Positions 54,701 to 62,456 of a DNA stretch of 64,000 nt are shown here, piece by piece. The stretch lies in contig JAISWW010000140.1 in assembly GCA_031270705.1 (NCBI GenBank), positions 722-64,721 of the forward strand. Direction: 5' to 3'. The notes beneath the pieces are model-generated. The model was not told where the DNA came from. It did not search any database and was given only the letters and a program-made list of their open reading frames with translations. How positions within the stretch are numbered: the stretch's first letter is position 1; each line of letters begins with the position of its first letter. Source of the DNA: Deltaproteobacteria bacterium (lineage in GTDB: Bacteria > Desulfobacterota > Desulfarculia > Adiutricales > Adiutricaceae). The position numbers and the translations under genes are program-made.

Positions 54701-57700
54701 CTCCGCTGGCGATAAACCCGGCCATAGCGAGACTCGGAAAAATAGCGGTATTGGATCTTAGAGACAGTAACCGCCAAACTGGGCGTCTCGCTGGGCTGGC
54801 CTAAAGCGGTGACCGCGGCCAAACCGTACGAAATGGGTTGATTGACGAGAGCCTTGGTTGGGGCCTTAAAACCCACCAAAATCTGGCGCGGTCGCCAGAT
54901 AAAGTTAGCCGTCTGACCCTCGGCCCGGCCACTATCGGCGGTGACTGACCAGCTAGCTCGCAAGCGCACCTCATGGGGCAAAGGGTCGACGTAATCGGGC
55001 TTAAATGTCTCCGTCAAAAGCCCTTCCTCGCCTAGGGCGCCCGAAGTCTCGACCATGGTTTTCCAGCCCGAAGAGGTTTCCGGCCCATTGAGATCATAAT
55101 CCTCAAAGCCGGGCGCGGTTACCTGACCGGTGGAGCCCATAACTTTTAGCTCCCAATCCAGATCTGAGCCCGGGGCCCCAAAAAGATATTTAGCTTCCCC
55201 CGTTAAGGTTATCTGGGGCTCCAAGCCAAAATATTGGCTTTGATCAGGCTTTAAGGCAATGTCCAGCCGAGGGGGCACAAAATCGTCGACCGTAAAAGAG
55301 CCCTCAACCAAAGAGGCCGCTTGGCCAGGAACCAGGAGCTTAAGCCTATAAGGCCCAGTCCGAGCCGAAAAAGGCAAAACCGTGGAAAAATCCAAAGACC
55401 CGGTCTGGGAAACCATCGCCCGCCCTTCTTCCAAAACGCGCTCGTCTGGATCCAAAACGCGCCAAATCAAAGGAAATGGCTCTTTCGGAACGCTTTGGGC
55501 TTTATCCCTAATTATGGCTTTAGCCATGACCGTCTCCCCGGGTTTCCAAATGTCCCGGGGCAGGATAAAAATTCCCTCATAGCCTTTGGTTAAATACTCT
55601 TTCCCTTCGTAACTCTCTTCTATGGTGTAGCCAGCCGAGCCATCTAGCCATTTATGATCATAGCTTTCTTGCCAGTCGGGATTATAGCCAGCCGCGAAAG
55701 TCTGGCGAGAATTCTTGGGCAAAAGCAGGTAACTTAAATCTGAGCCATTTTGGGCGGTCACAAAAGCGACGGACTCTGGATCGACTTGGCCGAAGACTAA
55801 GCCTTCCGCGTTGGCTCGCCCCTCAAAAATGACTTGGCTGGCCTCATCGTAAAAACGCACTAATGTCCGGGGGACTGGAGAGCTGGTCGCGATGGAGCTG
55901 ACCCAGACGGCTAAATTACTCGGATAAACCCTGGCGGCGAGACTTAGATCGGTCAGCGCCACCGGCAAATAGAATTCTGGATTATGAATAAAGTCATAAT
56001 AATCAAAGGCCGGCTCTTGGTAGCGCGAGCCAGACGTGGGGCTATTAAGGCTCGAGCCAGCCGAGCTATCTTTCGCTTTTGACTCATTAAGAGGCGTCAC
56101 CTTTATAACATAAGACCCCAAAGGCTCTTTAAACAACCCGCCAAAATCCAATAGGCGCGTAAAGCTCGTCTCGTCCAGCCGAACCTCAAAGTCCAAAACA
56201 TTTTTCGACATCCGCAAGCTCAGCTGGGCTTTGCTGGAGGGCCGCAAAATGGGGGTCGCGCTGAGCAAAAACGGGAGATTGTTTTCATAAACCCGCCAAG
56301 CTTGGACGCGCAAAACATCGGCTTCCCGGCCAGCCACTTGCACTAAAAGTGGTTTTTTCGGGCTTAAATATCGGCCTAAGCCCGTAAAGGCGATCTTAGG
56401 TCTAGGCTCGCCCTCAAATTTGGCCAAAAACTCCAAAGGCTCATTTAAGACGCCGTTTTCAGATTTTAAACCCTTGGCCAAAATAATTTTCGTCCCCGCG
56501 TCCCAAGGGAAATCAGCTTTAATCTTCATCTCCCTTAGGGACTCATTCCACTCGACCGTAAAAGGCAAAGGCGGCTCTAGGCGAATATAAGGCGTTAGAT
56601 CCACGTCGGGCAAGGCGTCATCCACGTTAATAACGAAAAAAGAGGCCCAGGGGTAGTTGGGCTCGCGATCTAGCTTCGCGCTAGTCACGGTAAATTGATT
56701 ATTCAAGCGGGACTTAAAGCTCCTTAGGGCAATGGTCTCTTGGCCATCAGCGCTAGTTAAATTTTTGACCTCGGCTTTGATCTCGGCCCCATTCGGGGCC
56801 GAAAGAGTGGCTAGAGCCACTAAATCGCCTTTTTCCAAACTCAGCTCAAAAGGCGCGTTCAGATATTCTTGGGTCCGCCTAGGGAGCGTGGCGATGGTTA
56901 AGGCTTTTTTCAGTTCTTCAATTTTAACGGGCTTATTGAAGATCAACTCAAAAATCGTCTTCCCCTCCTCGGTAAAGCCCACTTGGGTAAAGGAGACGGC
57001 CCGAAAAAGATCAAAATAAAAACCCACCCCCAAACCCTTTAGATTGGGCTCGGTCGGCGGGGACGTCCAAGGGGTCTCCGCTGGGCGCCAGTTAGTTTCT
57101 TGGCCTAACATGGCTCCTTGGCTATCGGCCTTAACCAAAAAAACGTCCTTAAAGTCCTGGGGTTTATGGCCCAGAGGCCCGACAAAGTTTTGGTCAAAAG
57201 CTAAGCCAAAGAGCTGGCCGACAATTTTACTGGCGAAAGCCTCGGGGCGCAGATTGGGCAAGGTGAGCCTTAAGTTCCAGGGACTTAGCCATTCCGCGCG
57301 CCAACCATAATCCGGCCACAAAGTCGCCCGCGAAGGACTCTCGGCCGCCACCATTTGCGGGCCTCGAGCTTGCTCTGGTTTGACCATAGGGGAGCTGAAA
57401 TGAACCGACAAAACTAAGGAGGGGATGTCTCTATAAGTGACCAAAGAGGCTTCCAAAAGAGCCTGATTTTTGGGGGGCCCAATAATAGTGGGCTGAGGCT
57501 TTAAAAACTTGTCTTCGCTATTTGGCTGAACCGTTAAGCTCCCCAATTCTGACCAGGCCCCATAAATAGGCCCGCTATGATCGATTCGCGGTTTGACTAA
57601 CATGGTTTCGGGCCAGGTTAAAATCAAAGGGTTTTGGGCCAGGGCCGCGTAAAAAGCGTAATTGTCCAGCTTCAGCCGAATTTTTAAGTCCTCGCCACTA

Positions 57701-58128
57701 TTGAGCCAAAAAGCCTCGACCGCCGGCCAATTGACTTTAAAAGGCAATTCTTCGGGCTTTAGGGTTTTGCCCACCAATTCGGCGGGAAAATCTTTTAAAG
57801 GCGGCTGAAAAGTTAAACGCAAAAAAGTTAGCTCTTTTTCGTCAGAGGCTTTTTCCGAGCCTGGCAAAAGCCTAATTGTCACCTCATAGGGATCCGGCGG
57901 GTCTTTAGATAACAGTTGGCCTGGCTCTTCCGCCGCTTGAGCCACAGAGAGGCTAGCCACGGTTAGGGCCGCCGAGTTTTGGGCCATATTGACCCGCCCT
58001 TGGCTCGCGAAAGCCTTAGTCGTTTGGCCCGCCATTATTAGAGACCCCAAAGCCAAGGCCAGAGTCAACCCCAAGGCCAAAAATCCCACTATGGCCAACT
58101 TTTTTAACGTCATCAACGCGTTCTTCAT
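51778..58128 (-). CDS. bacterial alpha-2-macroglobulin family protein with intact thioester motif
   Basis: 2116 aa. Thioester site YPHGCLEQTVSKAW (CLEQ encoded at 53179-53193). Long array of MG-like beta domains. N-terminal hydrophobic anchor with no Cys lipobox. Adjacent to pbpC. Confidence 0.85.
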   Translation of the reverse strand: MKNALMTLKKLAIVGFLALGLTLALALGSLIMAGQTTKAFASQGRVNMAQNSAALTVASLSVAQAAEEPGQLLSKDPPDPYEVTIRLLPGSEKASDEKELTFLRLTFQPPLKDFPAELVGKTLKPEELPFKVNWPAVEAFWLNSGEDLKIRLKLDNYAFYAALAQNPLILTWPETMLVKPRIDHSGPIYGAWSELGSLTVQPNSEDKFLKPQPTIIGPPKNQALLEASLVTYRDIPSLVLSVHFSSPMVKPEQARGPQMVAAESPSRATLWPDYGWRAEWLSPWNLRLTLPNLRPEAFASKIVGQLFGLAFDQNFVGPLGHKPQDFKDVFLVKADSQGAMLGQETNWRPAETPWTSPPTEPNLKGLGVGFYFDLFRAVSFTQVGFTEEGKTIFELIFNKPVKIEELKKALTIATLPRRTQEYLNAPFELSLEKGDLVALATLSAPNGAEIKAEVKNLTSADGQETIALRSFKSRLNNQFTVTSAKLDREPNYPWASFFVINVDDALPDVDLTPYIRLEPPLPFTVEWNESLREMKIKADFPWDAGTKIILAKGLKSENGVLNEPLEFLAKFEGEPRPKIAFTGLGRYLSPKKPLLVQVAGREADVLRVQAWRVYENNLPFLLSATPILRPSSKAQLSLRMSKNVLDFEVRLDETSFTRLLDFGGLFKEPLGSYVIKVTPLNESKAKDSSAGSSLNSPTSGSRYQEPAFDYYDFIHNPEFYLPVALTDLSLAARVYPSNLAVWVSSIATSSPVPRTLVRFYDEASQVIFEGRANAEGLVFGQVDPESVAFVTAQNGSDLSYLLLPKNSRQTFAAGYNPDWQESYDHKWLDGSAGYTIEESYEGKEYLTKGYEGIFILPRDIWKPGETVMAKAIIRDKAQSVPKEPFPLIWRVLDPDERVLEEGRAMVSQTGSLDFSTVLPFSARTGPYRLKLLVPGQAASLVEGSFTVDDFVPPRLDIALKPDQSQYFGLEPQITLTGEAKYLFGAPGSDLDWELKVMGSTGQVTAPGFEDYDLNGPETSSGWKTMVETSGALGEEGLLTETFKPDYVDPLPHEVRLRASWSVTADSGRAEGQTANFIWRPRQILVGFKAPTKALVNQPISYGLAAVTALGQPSETPSLAVTVSKIQYRYFSESRYGRVYRQRSEELLEVFSGNVPLQEGRGLLELTLSEPGLYQIAASPASSSAEELAGEELAPVTRRFKVEGLAEADQSVIAQEPAPEDTVELTLDKQSYKTGESAQVLIKAPFDGTLWLGLETDKPLWHKVISLKNQTATIKLPIPKEVVNNAHLTAALARPVGPNGPFLALGRVSLEMDRSPRRLTVKVDEPERLKPSQETPIKIHLANSQGRPQAGEVTVALVDEGILSLTNYEIPDPSRFFGQSRRLASFFHHGRDLLLPILERNWPFLAPGGGDERGGLFSPFQRRQETLSIFLATIPIGPSGVGEALLKLPEYSGQGRLSVVASADNQFGLYNQSFRISRDLVIEPSLPLALAPGDQFVATIRVYLDPEAEKTKAKLALNFLGPLSVVEAPGFVDNQMTLDLTPGQSETLRLTLKATSAEGDPVGPAELLVTGTVGEESFVQPATTVVRPPFPRVTRVTSRPVTSTKEEIIPDLKGFWPGTIMGSLSLAAGPWVEANRAKDYLSNYPHGCLEQTVSKAWLFLTAADFGTLSQAEEIEVTNGLNAAIKRLATTQTHQGSLAMWPGGTEPYEWGTAYAAHFLTEAKERVNLPPDLLEDVLGYFRNYLANDYSYDEGVAYLMATKAYALYVLALNGDYQDGWINALLERANVLPTSAKIFLSGAIALKEGHPRALLELENAGFDLSLSDLASARSSLESQARNEALLLLVWGNVDPLSTKTRDLAERVAKSGANNRWRSTQENAMALLALANYLKKTQVTEPYVATLSSAGKALGQGANSEMTTFKGPDFIQALNGPLTLEIEGQGRPWRNLLVSGVPTEPPAPLAVGLSLEKRWLAPAWEVLISETAQDLKVFKGQKIKVSLKLNSTVEAQNVVIMDLAPGGLEIVSPGENSYGSRAEIREDRLVLIIPRLTPGSYSFEYELRAVTEGEFVLPPTSAEGMYEPDKRAMTVTGRVRVVPKENEESDKLSDLAAREKAKEEDR

Positions 58129-58158
58129 TATAATTCTCCGCGAACTAGCCCTAAGCTA

Positions 58159-60456
58159 TTAAAATCCCCGTTTCAAACCCAACTTAATGATCGGAATCTC
58201 CGGCTCGAAAACCGCTTTAGCCGTAAAGACGCTCGAGTCTAGCCGGTTACCCTCGACCACGGTCACCACATGTCGGCCTGGGGTTAAAGGCCAAACCGGC
58301 GAGCGACCGGGCCCGGCTTTAGCGAAAAACTCCCCATCCACGTACCAATAGACTGGCCCTTTGGCTCCCTCGCATTTTAAAGGCAAAGCCTCGCCGGTTC
58401 TGGTGAGGCGAATTTCCATATCTGGCCGCGGCGAAACTATGGCCAAACCTTTTTTCGAGTTCGCCCCAGTTTTTCTAGCCATAAAGCTGGCTAACTCCAA
58501 AGGCCATTTGGCCACAATTTGGCCCTGGCTTTTGACATGAATAGCGCAGGGCTTGGTCTTCGCCCATTTGGTCAGCCGAAAGGCTTTTTTCTCGCCCGGA
58601 CAAAAGGGCCCTACTGGTTCCCCCGAGATGGGGCAAGCCCGATAGCTCTCCACCCCTTCTGGCGCTTCTGGCCAAGAAGGCCCTGGGCCTAGATCTCTAG
58701 CCAATAGAGCCACGGGAGCGGCCAAAGCCGCGAGGCCGCTGACCCCAGGTTGGCTTTGGCCGCTGGGATCCCCTAACCACAAGACTATTACTATGTCCGG
58801 TCTATAAGCGGCGATCCAGGCGTCGCGAAAACCCGGCGAAGTTCCGGTTTTTAAGGCTAAGCCTTGATTGGCGAGGCCCCTTGGCCAACGGCCAGGAGTA
58901 GCCAAGATCTGGTTGACCAGCCAGGTGGGAGCCGACGGAAAAACGCTCTCTAGAGTCTTCTCATTCTCTAATTTGGTCTTGGCCAAAAGAGACGGATCTT
59001 GATTGGCCAAAAAGGTCGGCCTAATCCCCCGCCCTCCCCTGGCCAAGGTCGCGTAAGCCCCTAGCAACTCCCATAAAGAAGTTTCTAGGCCCCCTAAAAT
59101 TAAGGAGTCGCCGTAATGACGGTGAGGGGATAATTGAAAGCCAGCCCGCTTTAAAACGTTCTGGGCTTTTTCTTGGCCCAATGACCTTAAAACCCGAACC
59201 GCCGGGGCGTTAAGGGACTCAGCCAAAGCCACTTGAGCCGAGACCGGGCCTTGATAAGTATTGTCAAAATTGCGGGGGGCTTGGCCAGCGAAACCCAAAG
59301 GGGTGTCGGCCAAGAGACTGGCGGGGGCGAAGAGACCATCCTCTAAGGCTTGTAAATAAATAAACGGCTTTAAAGTCGAGCCCGAGGATCTTTTGGCCAA
59401 AGCGCAGTCCACGTAACGAAAGGGGCCTTGGTCTCTAGCGTTACCGACATAGGCTAAAATCTGGCCGGTCTGGGTATCGAGGATGGCTCCCGCCGCCGTG
59501 ACCGCGGAGGGAGCCATGGTCACGGCGGAGAGAAAAGGCCTAATAGCCTGGCTCAAGCGGTTTTTGAGATTGGCCTGGGCCCGAAAATCAATGGAGCTTT
59601 TAAGGCCCATATAATCCTTCGCTCCCCAGACCCAAGAACGCTGATGGTTTCTGAAGACCAAATCGCCCAAGTGGCTGGCCTCGTTGGGAAATGGCCGCCG
59701 GATCCCGCTTAAGGGCTCTTTTAAGGCTTGAGCCAGCTCCTTTTCCGTGATGAGGCCTTTTTGAGCTAAGCGCTTTAAGATAAAATTCCGCCTTTCTTTA
59801 GCTCTTCGCGGATGGCGATCTGGCCGATAAATGGCGGGCCCCCGTAAGATGGCCACCAAGGTCGCGCTCTCGGCTAAAGATAAATCAGCGGGCTTTTTCC
59901 GAAAATAGGCCCAGCTAGCCGCTCCAACGCCCTTAAGGTTGCCGCCAAAGGGGGCGATATTTAAATACAATTCCAAAAGTTGATCGGGCCCCAGTTTTTT
60001 TCGCAGTTTTATGCCCTCCCCAAACTCCAGGAATTTGGACCGCAAGGAGCGCGGCCTCGGCCTTAGGAGTCTGACCGTTTGGGCCGCGATGGTGGAAGCC
60101 CCAGAAACTACGCGCCTTTGGCTGATGTTTTGCCCAATGGCTCGTCCCAAAGCCCAAATGTCTAAGCCAGGGTGACTATAAAAGCGCCCATCCTCAATGG
60201 CCACGGCCAAGCGCGGTAACCATGGCCCCATGTCCTTGGCCGCGACCGGCAGTAGCCATTGACCGTCCGCCGATAAGCGAGCCACCATTAAGGTTCCGTT
60301 TTGGGCTAAAATTGTCGGCGAGACCGGAAAATTTGGGAGAGGCGGCTCCATTAAAAGAAATATCCCTCCCAAGGCCAAGATGACTAGTAGACCTAAGCCC
60401 AGGATTTTCGGGAAATAGCGGCGGAGGCCAGAATTTCGGAGTTTTAATAGCTTCAT
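58159..60456 (-). CDS. pbpC: penicillin-binding protein 1C (bifunctional glycosyltransferase/transpeptidase)
   Basis: 765 aa. Glycosyltransferase motifs EDGRFYSHPG and GASTIAAQ. Transpeptidase motifs SGSTLKP (SxxK), SLN and KTGT. C-terminal PBP1C-type beta domain. Confidence 0.85.
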   Translation of the reverse strand: MKLLKLRNSGLRRYFPKILGLGLLVILALGGIFLLMEPPLPNFPVSPTILAQNGTLMVARLSADGQWLLPVAAKDMGPWLPRLAVAIEDGRFYSHPGLDIWALGRAIGQNISQRRVVSGASTIAAQTVRLLRPRPRSLRSKFLEFGEGIKLRKKLGPDQLLELYLNIAPFGGNLKGVGAASWAYFRKKPADLSLAESATLVAILRGPAIYRPDRHPRRAKERRNFILKRLAQKGLITEKELAQALKEPLSGIRRPFPNEASHLGDLVFRNHQRSWVWGAKDYMGLKSSIDFRAQANLKNRLSQAIRPFLSAVTMAPSAVTAAGAILDTQTGQILAYVGNARDQGPFRYVDCALAKRSSGSTLKPFIYLQALEDGLFAPASLLADTPLGFAGQAPRNFDNTYQGPVSAQVALAESLNAPAVRVLRSLGQEKAQNVLKRAGFQLSPHRHYGDSLILGGLETSLWELLGAYATLARGGRGIRPTFLANQDPSLLAKTKLENEKTLESVFPSAPTWLVNQILATPGRWPRGLANQGLALKTGTSPGFRDAWIAAYRPDIVIVLWLGDPSGQSQPGVSGLAALAAPVALLARDLGPGPSWPEAPEGVESYRACPISGEPVGPFCPGEKKAFRLTKWAKTKPCAIHVKSQGQIVAKWPLELASFMARKTGANSKKGLAIVSPRPDMEIRLTRTGEALPLKCEGAKGPVYWYVDGEFFAKAGPGRSPVWPLTPGRHVVTVVEGNRLDSSVFTAKAVFEPEIPIIKLGLKRGF

Positions 60457-60606
60457 AAGGCTCGCCCATTTAGGGTTTAGGAAAAAATTTAAGCGTTTAA
60501 GGCGCGAGACCTTCTTTTTTCATAAGGCTAGAATCATTATACCCAGACTAATGTGGAAAATTTGTGGAAAGAGGGAGGAATTTTTAGCTAATCAACAATT
60601 TAAGCC

Positions 60607-60640
60607 AAAAAAATGGGGATCCTTTGGATCCCCATTTTTG
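60607..60640 (-). terminator. rho-independent terminator after the tryptophanase-like gene
   Basis: atggggatcc-ttt-ggatccccat flanked by an A-run and a T-run. On the minus strand the stem is followed by tttttt. Confidence 0.75.
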
Positions 60641-60649
60641 ACTCAGTTT

Positions 60650-62113
60650 TTAAAGCCCTGTAGGCATGTCCTTTTTAAAGGCCGCGACCAGCTTTTCTTG
60701 CCAATCGCCCACCGGTTTAAGGCGGCCCAAGAAGAACCTTAGGGTTTTGGGCTCCTCAATAAACTCTAGGCCCCCAATCATCTTCCTATGCTGATAGAGC
60801 CAGCCTAAGCGGTCAGCCACATACTTCATCTGGGAGAGGGTATAGACCCTTTTGGGCACGGCCAGACGGACTAGCTCCATTTGGGCCAAAACCTCCGAGC
60901 CGTCGGGATTGCGCTGCTCGGACAAGGTGCCGCGCTCCATGCCCCGGACGCCGCTGGTCAAATAGATGGCCGCGGCCAAAGCTCCCGCCGGGTATTGGGT
61001 TTGGGGCACATGGTCAACGAAGCTCGAGGCGTCCACGTGGCAACCTAAGCCCCCAAAAGGCGTAACGACCGGCACGCCTTTTTTCTGTAGCTCTTGGCCC
61101 AAAGCCTCGACAAAGATGGGCGTTTGGCTGATGACGTGGAAATCCAAGGTCTCCCGAAGGCCCACGCTCATGGCTTCCATTTCCCGCACGGACATCCCGC
61201 CATAAGTTAAGAAACCCTCAAACAAAGGCACCAGATCCCGCATTTTGAGGTAATCTTCTTTGTTGGAGGTGGCGATGCCGCCGCCGCGAGCGCAACCCAG
61301 CTTACGACCAGAAAAGTAGATGATATCCATTAAGGAACCAAGCTCTTTGACGATTTCGGCTAAGGATTTATTTTTGTAAGCGGCTTCGCGGGTTTTTATG
61401 AAATAGAGGTTATCGGCCAAAAGGGAGGCGTCGTACACTAACTTAAGCTTATGGCTTTTACAGTACTCGGCCACTCGCCGGGTATTGGCCAAAGAGATGG
61501 GTTGCCCGCCAATGAGATTGGTGCCCGCCTCAATCCGGACAAAAGCGATCTTCTCCGGGCCGTGCTTTTGGACAAACTGATCCAAAAGATCTAGATCCAC
61601 GTCGCCCTTAAAAAGGTTTTGGCTGGTGGTCTTTAAAGCCTCAGGGCCCACCACTTCCAAGACTTCGCCGCCTTGCCGAGTGATGTGGCCTTTGGTGGTG
61701 GTGAAATGGTAGTTGGTGATGACTTTGAGGCCGGGTTTGACATAAGCAGTGGCTAGAATATTTTCGCAAGCCCGGCCTTGGTGAGCGGGCAGAAAATACT
61801 CGGTTCCAAAAAAATCCTGAACCGATTTTTCCAGGCGGTAAAAGGTCTCCGAGCCGGCGTAGCTGTCATCGGCCAACATCATGGCCGCGTACTGAGCCTC
61901 GCTCATGGCGTTGACCCCACTATCGGTCAACATGTCCAAAAAAACGTCCCGGTTGGGCAAAAGAAAGGTATTGTTGCCGGCCTGGGTTATGACTTCTAGT
62001 CTTTTGTCCACGTCGAGCAACCGCACCCTTTGCACCATCCTGGCCTTGTGCATTTCCAGGGGAACGTTCTCGCCGGAAAAAAATACTACATTGTTTTGCG
62101 TCTGGTCTGACAT
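60650..62113 (-). CDS. beta-eliminating lyase: tryptophanase / tyrosine phenol-lyase family
   Basis: NNTFLLPNRDVFLDMLTDSGVNAMSEAQYAAMMLADDSYAGSETFYRLEKSV is the conserved TnaA/TPL N-terminal block. PLP-lysine region FSGRKLG. Start taken at ATG 62113, after GAGG (ORF open to 62128). Substrate (Trp or Tyr) is not decidable by eye. Confidence 0.85.
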   Translation of the reverse strand: MSDQTQNNVVFFSGENVPLEMHKARMVQRVRLLDVDKRLEVITQAGNNTFLLPNRDVFLDMLTDSGVNAMSEAQYAAMMLADDSYAGSETFYRLEKSVQDFFGTEYFLPAHQGRACENILATAYVKPGLKVITNYHFTTTKGHITRQGGEVLEVVGPEALKTTSQNLFKGDVDLDLLDQFVQKHGPEKIAFVRIEAGTNLIGGQPISLANTRRVAEYCKSHKLKLVYDASLLADNLYFIKTREAAYKNKSLAEIVKELGSLMDIIYFSGRKLGCARGGGIATSNKEDYLKMRDLVPLFEGFLTYGGMSVREMEAMSVGLRETLDFHVISQTPIFVEALGQELQKKGVPVVTPFGGLGCHVDASSFVDHVPQTQYPAGALAAAIYLTSGVRGMERGTLSEQRNPDGSEVLAQMELVRLAVPKRVYTLSQMKYVADRLGWLYQHRKMIGGLEFIEEPKTLRFFLGRLKPVGDWQEKLVAAFKKDMPTGL

Positions 62114-62210
62114 TTCGCCTCGCGTCATCGCGTGATTTCGTTATCGCGATTAGGGGGAGCCATAAAGCTATTCCCAAATCGCTCGCGCCAAAGTTAAAAA
62201 ACTTTAACGA

Positions 62211-62308
62211 GAAAAAGCCTAAGATCGCCCTTGGCGATCCGCCAAGATCTCCCCCATGGAGACCATCCAGGGCCCATTAATTTTAGCTAGAGGATCCAGA
62301 AAGTCCAT
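62211..62308 (-). promoter_or_regulatory. candidate leader ORF (29 aa, one Trp) overlapping two mutually exclusive hairpins and a U-run, upstream of the lyase gene
   Basis: Minus-strand ORF 62308..62219, MDFLDPLAKINGPWMVSMGEILADRQGRS. Arms cgccaag (62240-62246), cttggcg/ggcgatc (62230-62239) and gatcgcc (62223-62229). The UAG stop abuts the 3' hairpin and is followed by GCUUUUUC. Confidence 0.3.
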
Positions 62309-62456
62309 GGTCTCAACTAAGATTATCGGGCCACCCAGAGCCTTAGAGCCAATGGCCGCCGGCTATATGAGCTTTAGTTAGCTTTAAGCGCCATATCTAA
62401 AATAAAGCGCGCCTTAAATCTAACTAAAAATCAAAAAATATTTAACTCTAAGCTTT

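Noticed and set aside
28261-62113. Functional link between HydG (tyrosine lyase) and the TnaA/TPL-family lyase
   Set aside because: The genes are about 31 kb apart in unrelated transcription units. The only leader-peptide clue points to Trp, not Tyr. The shared aromatic-amino-acid chemistry is most simply a coincidence.
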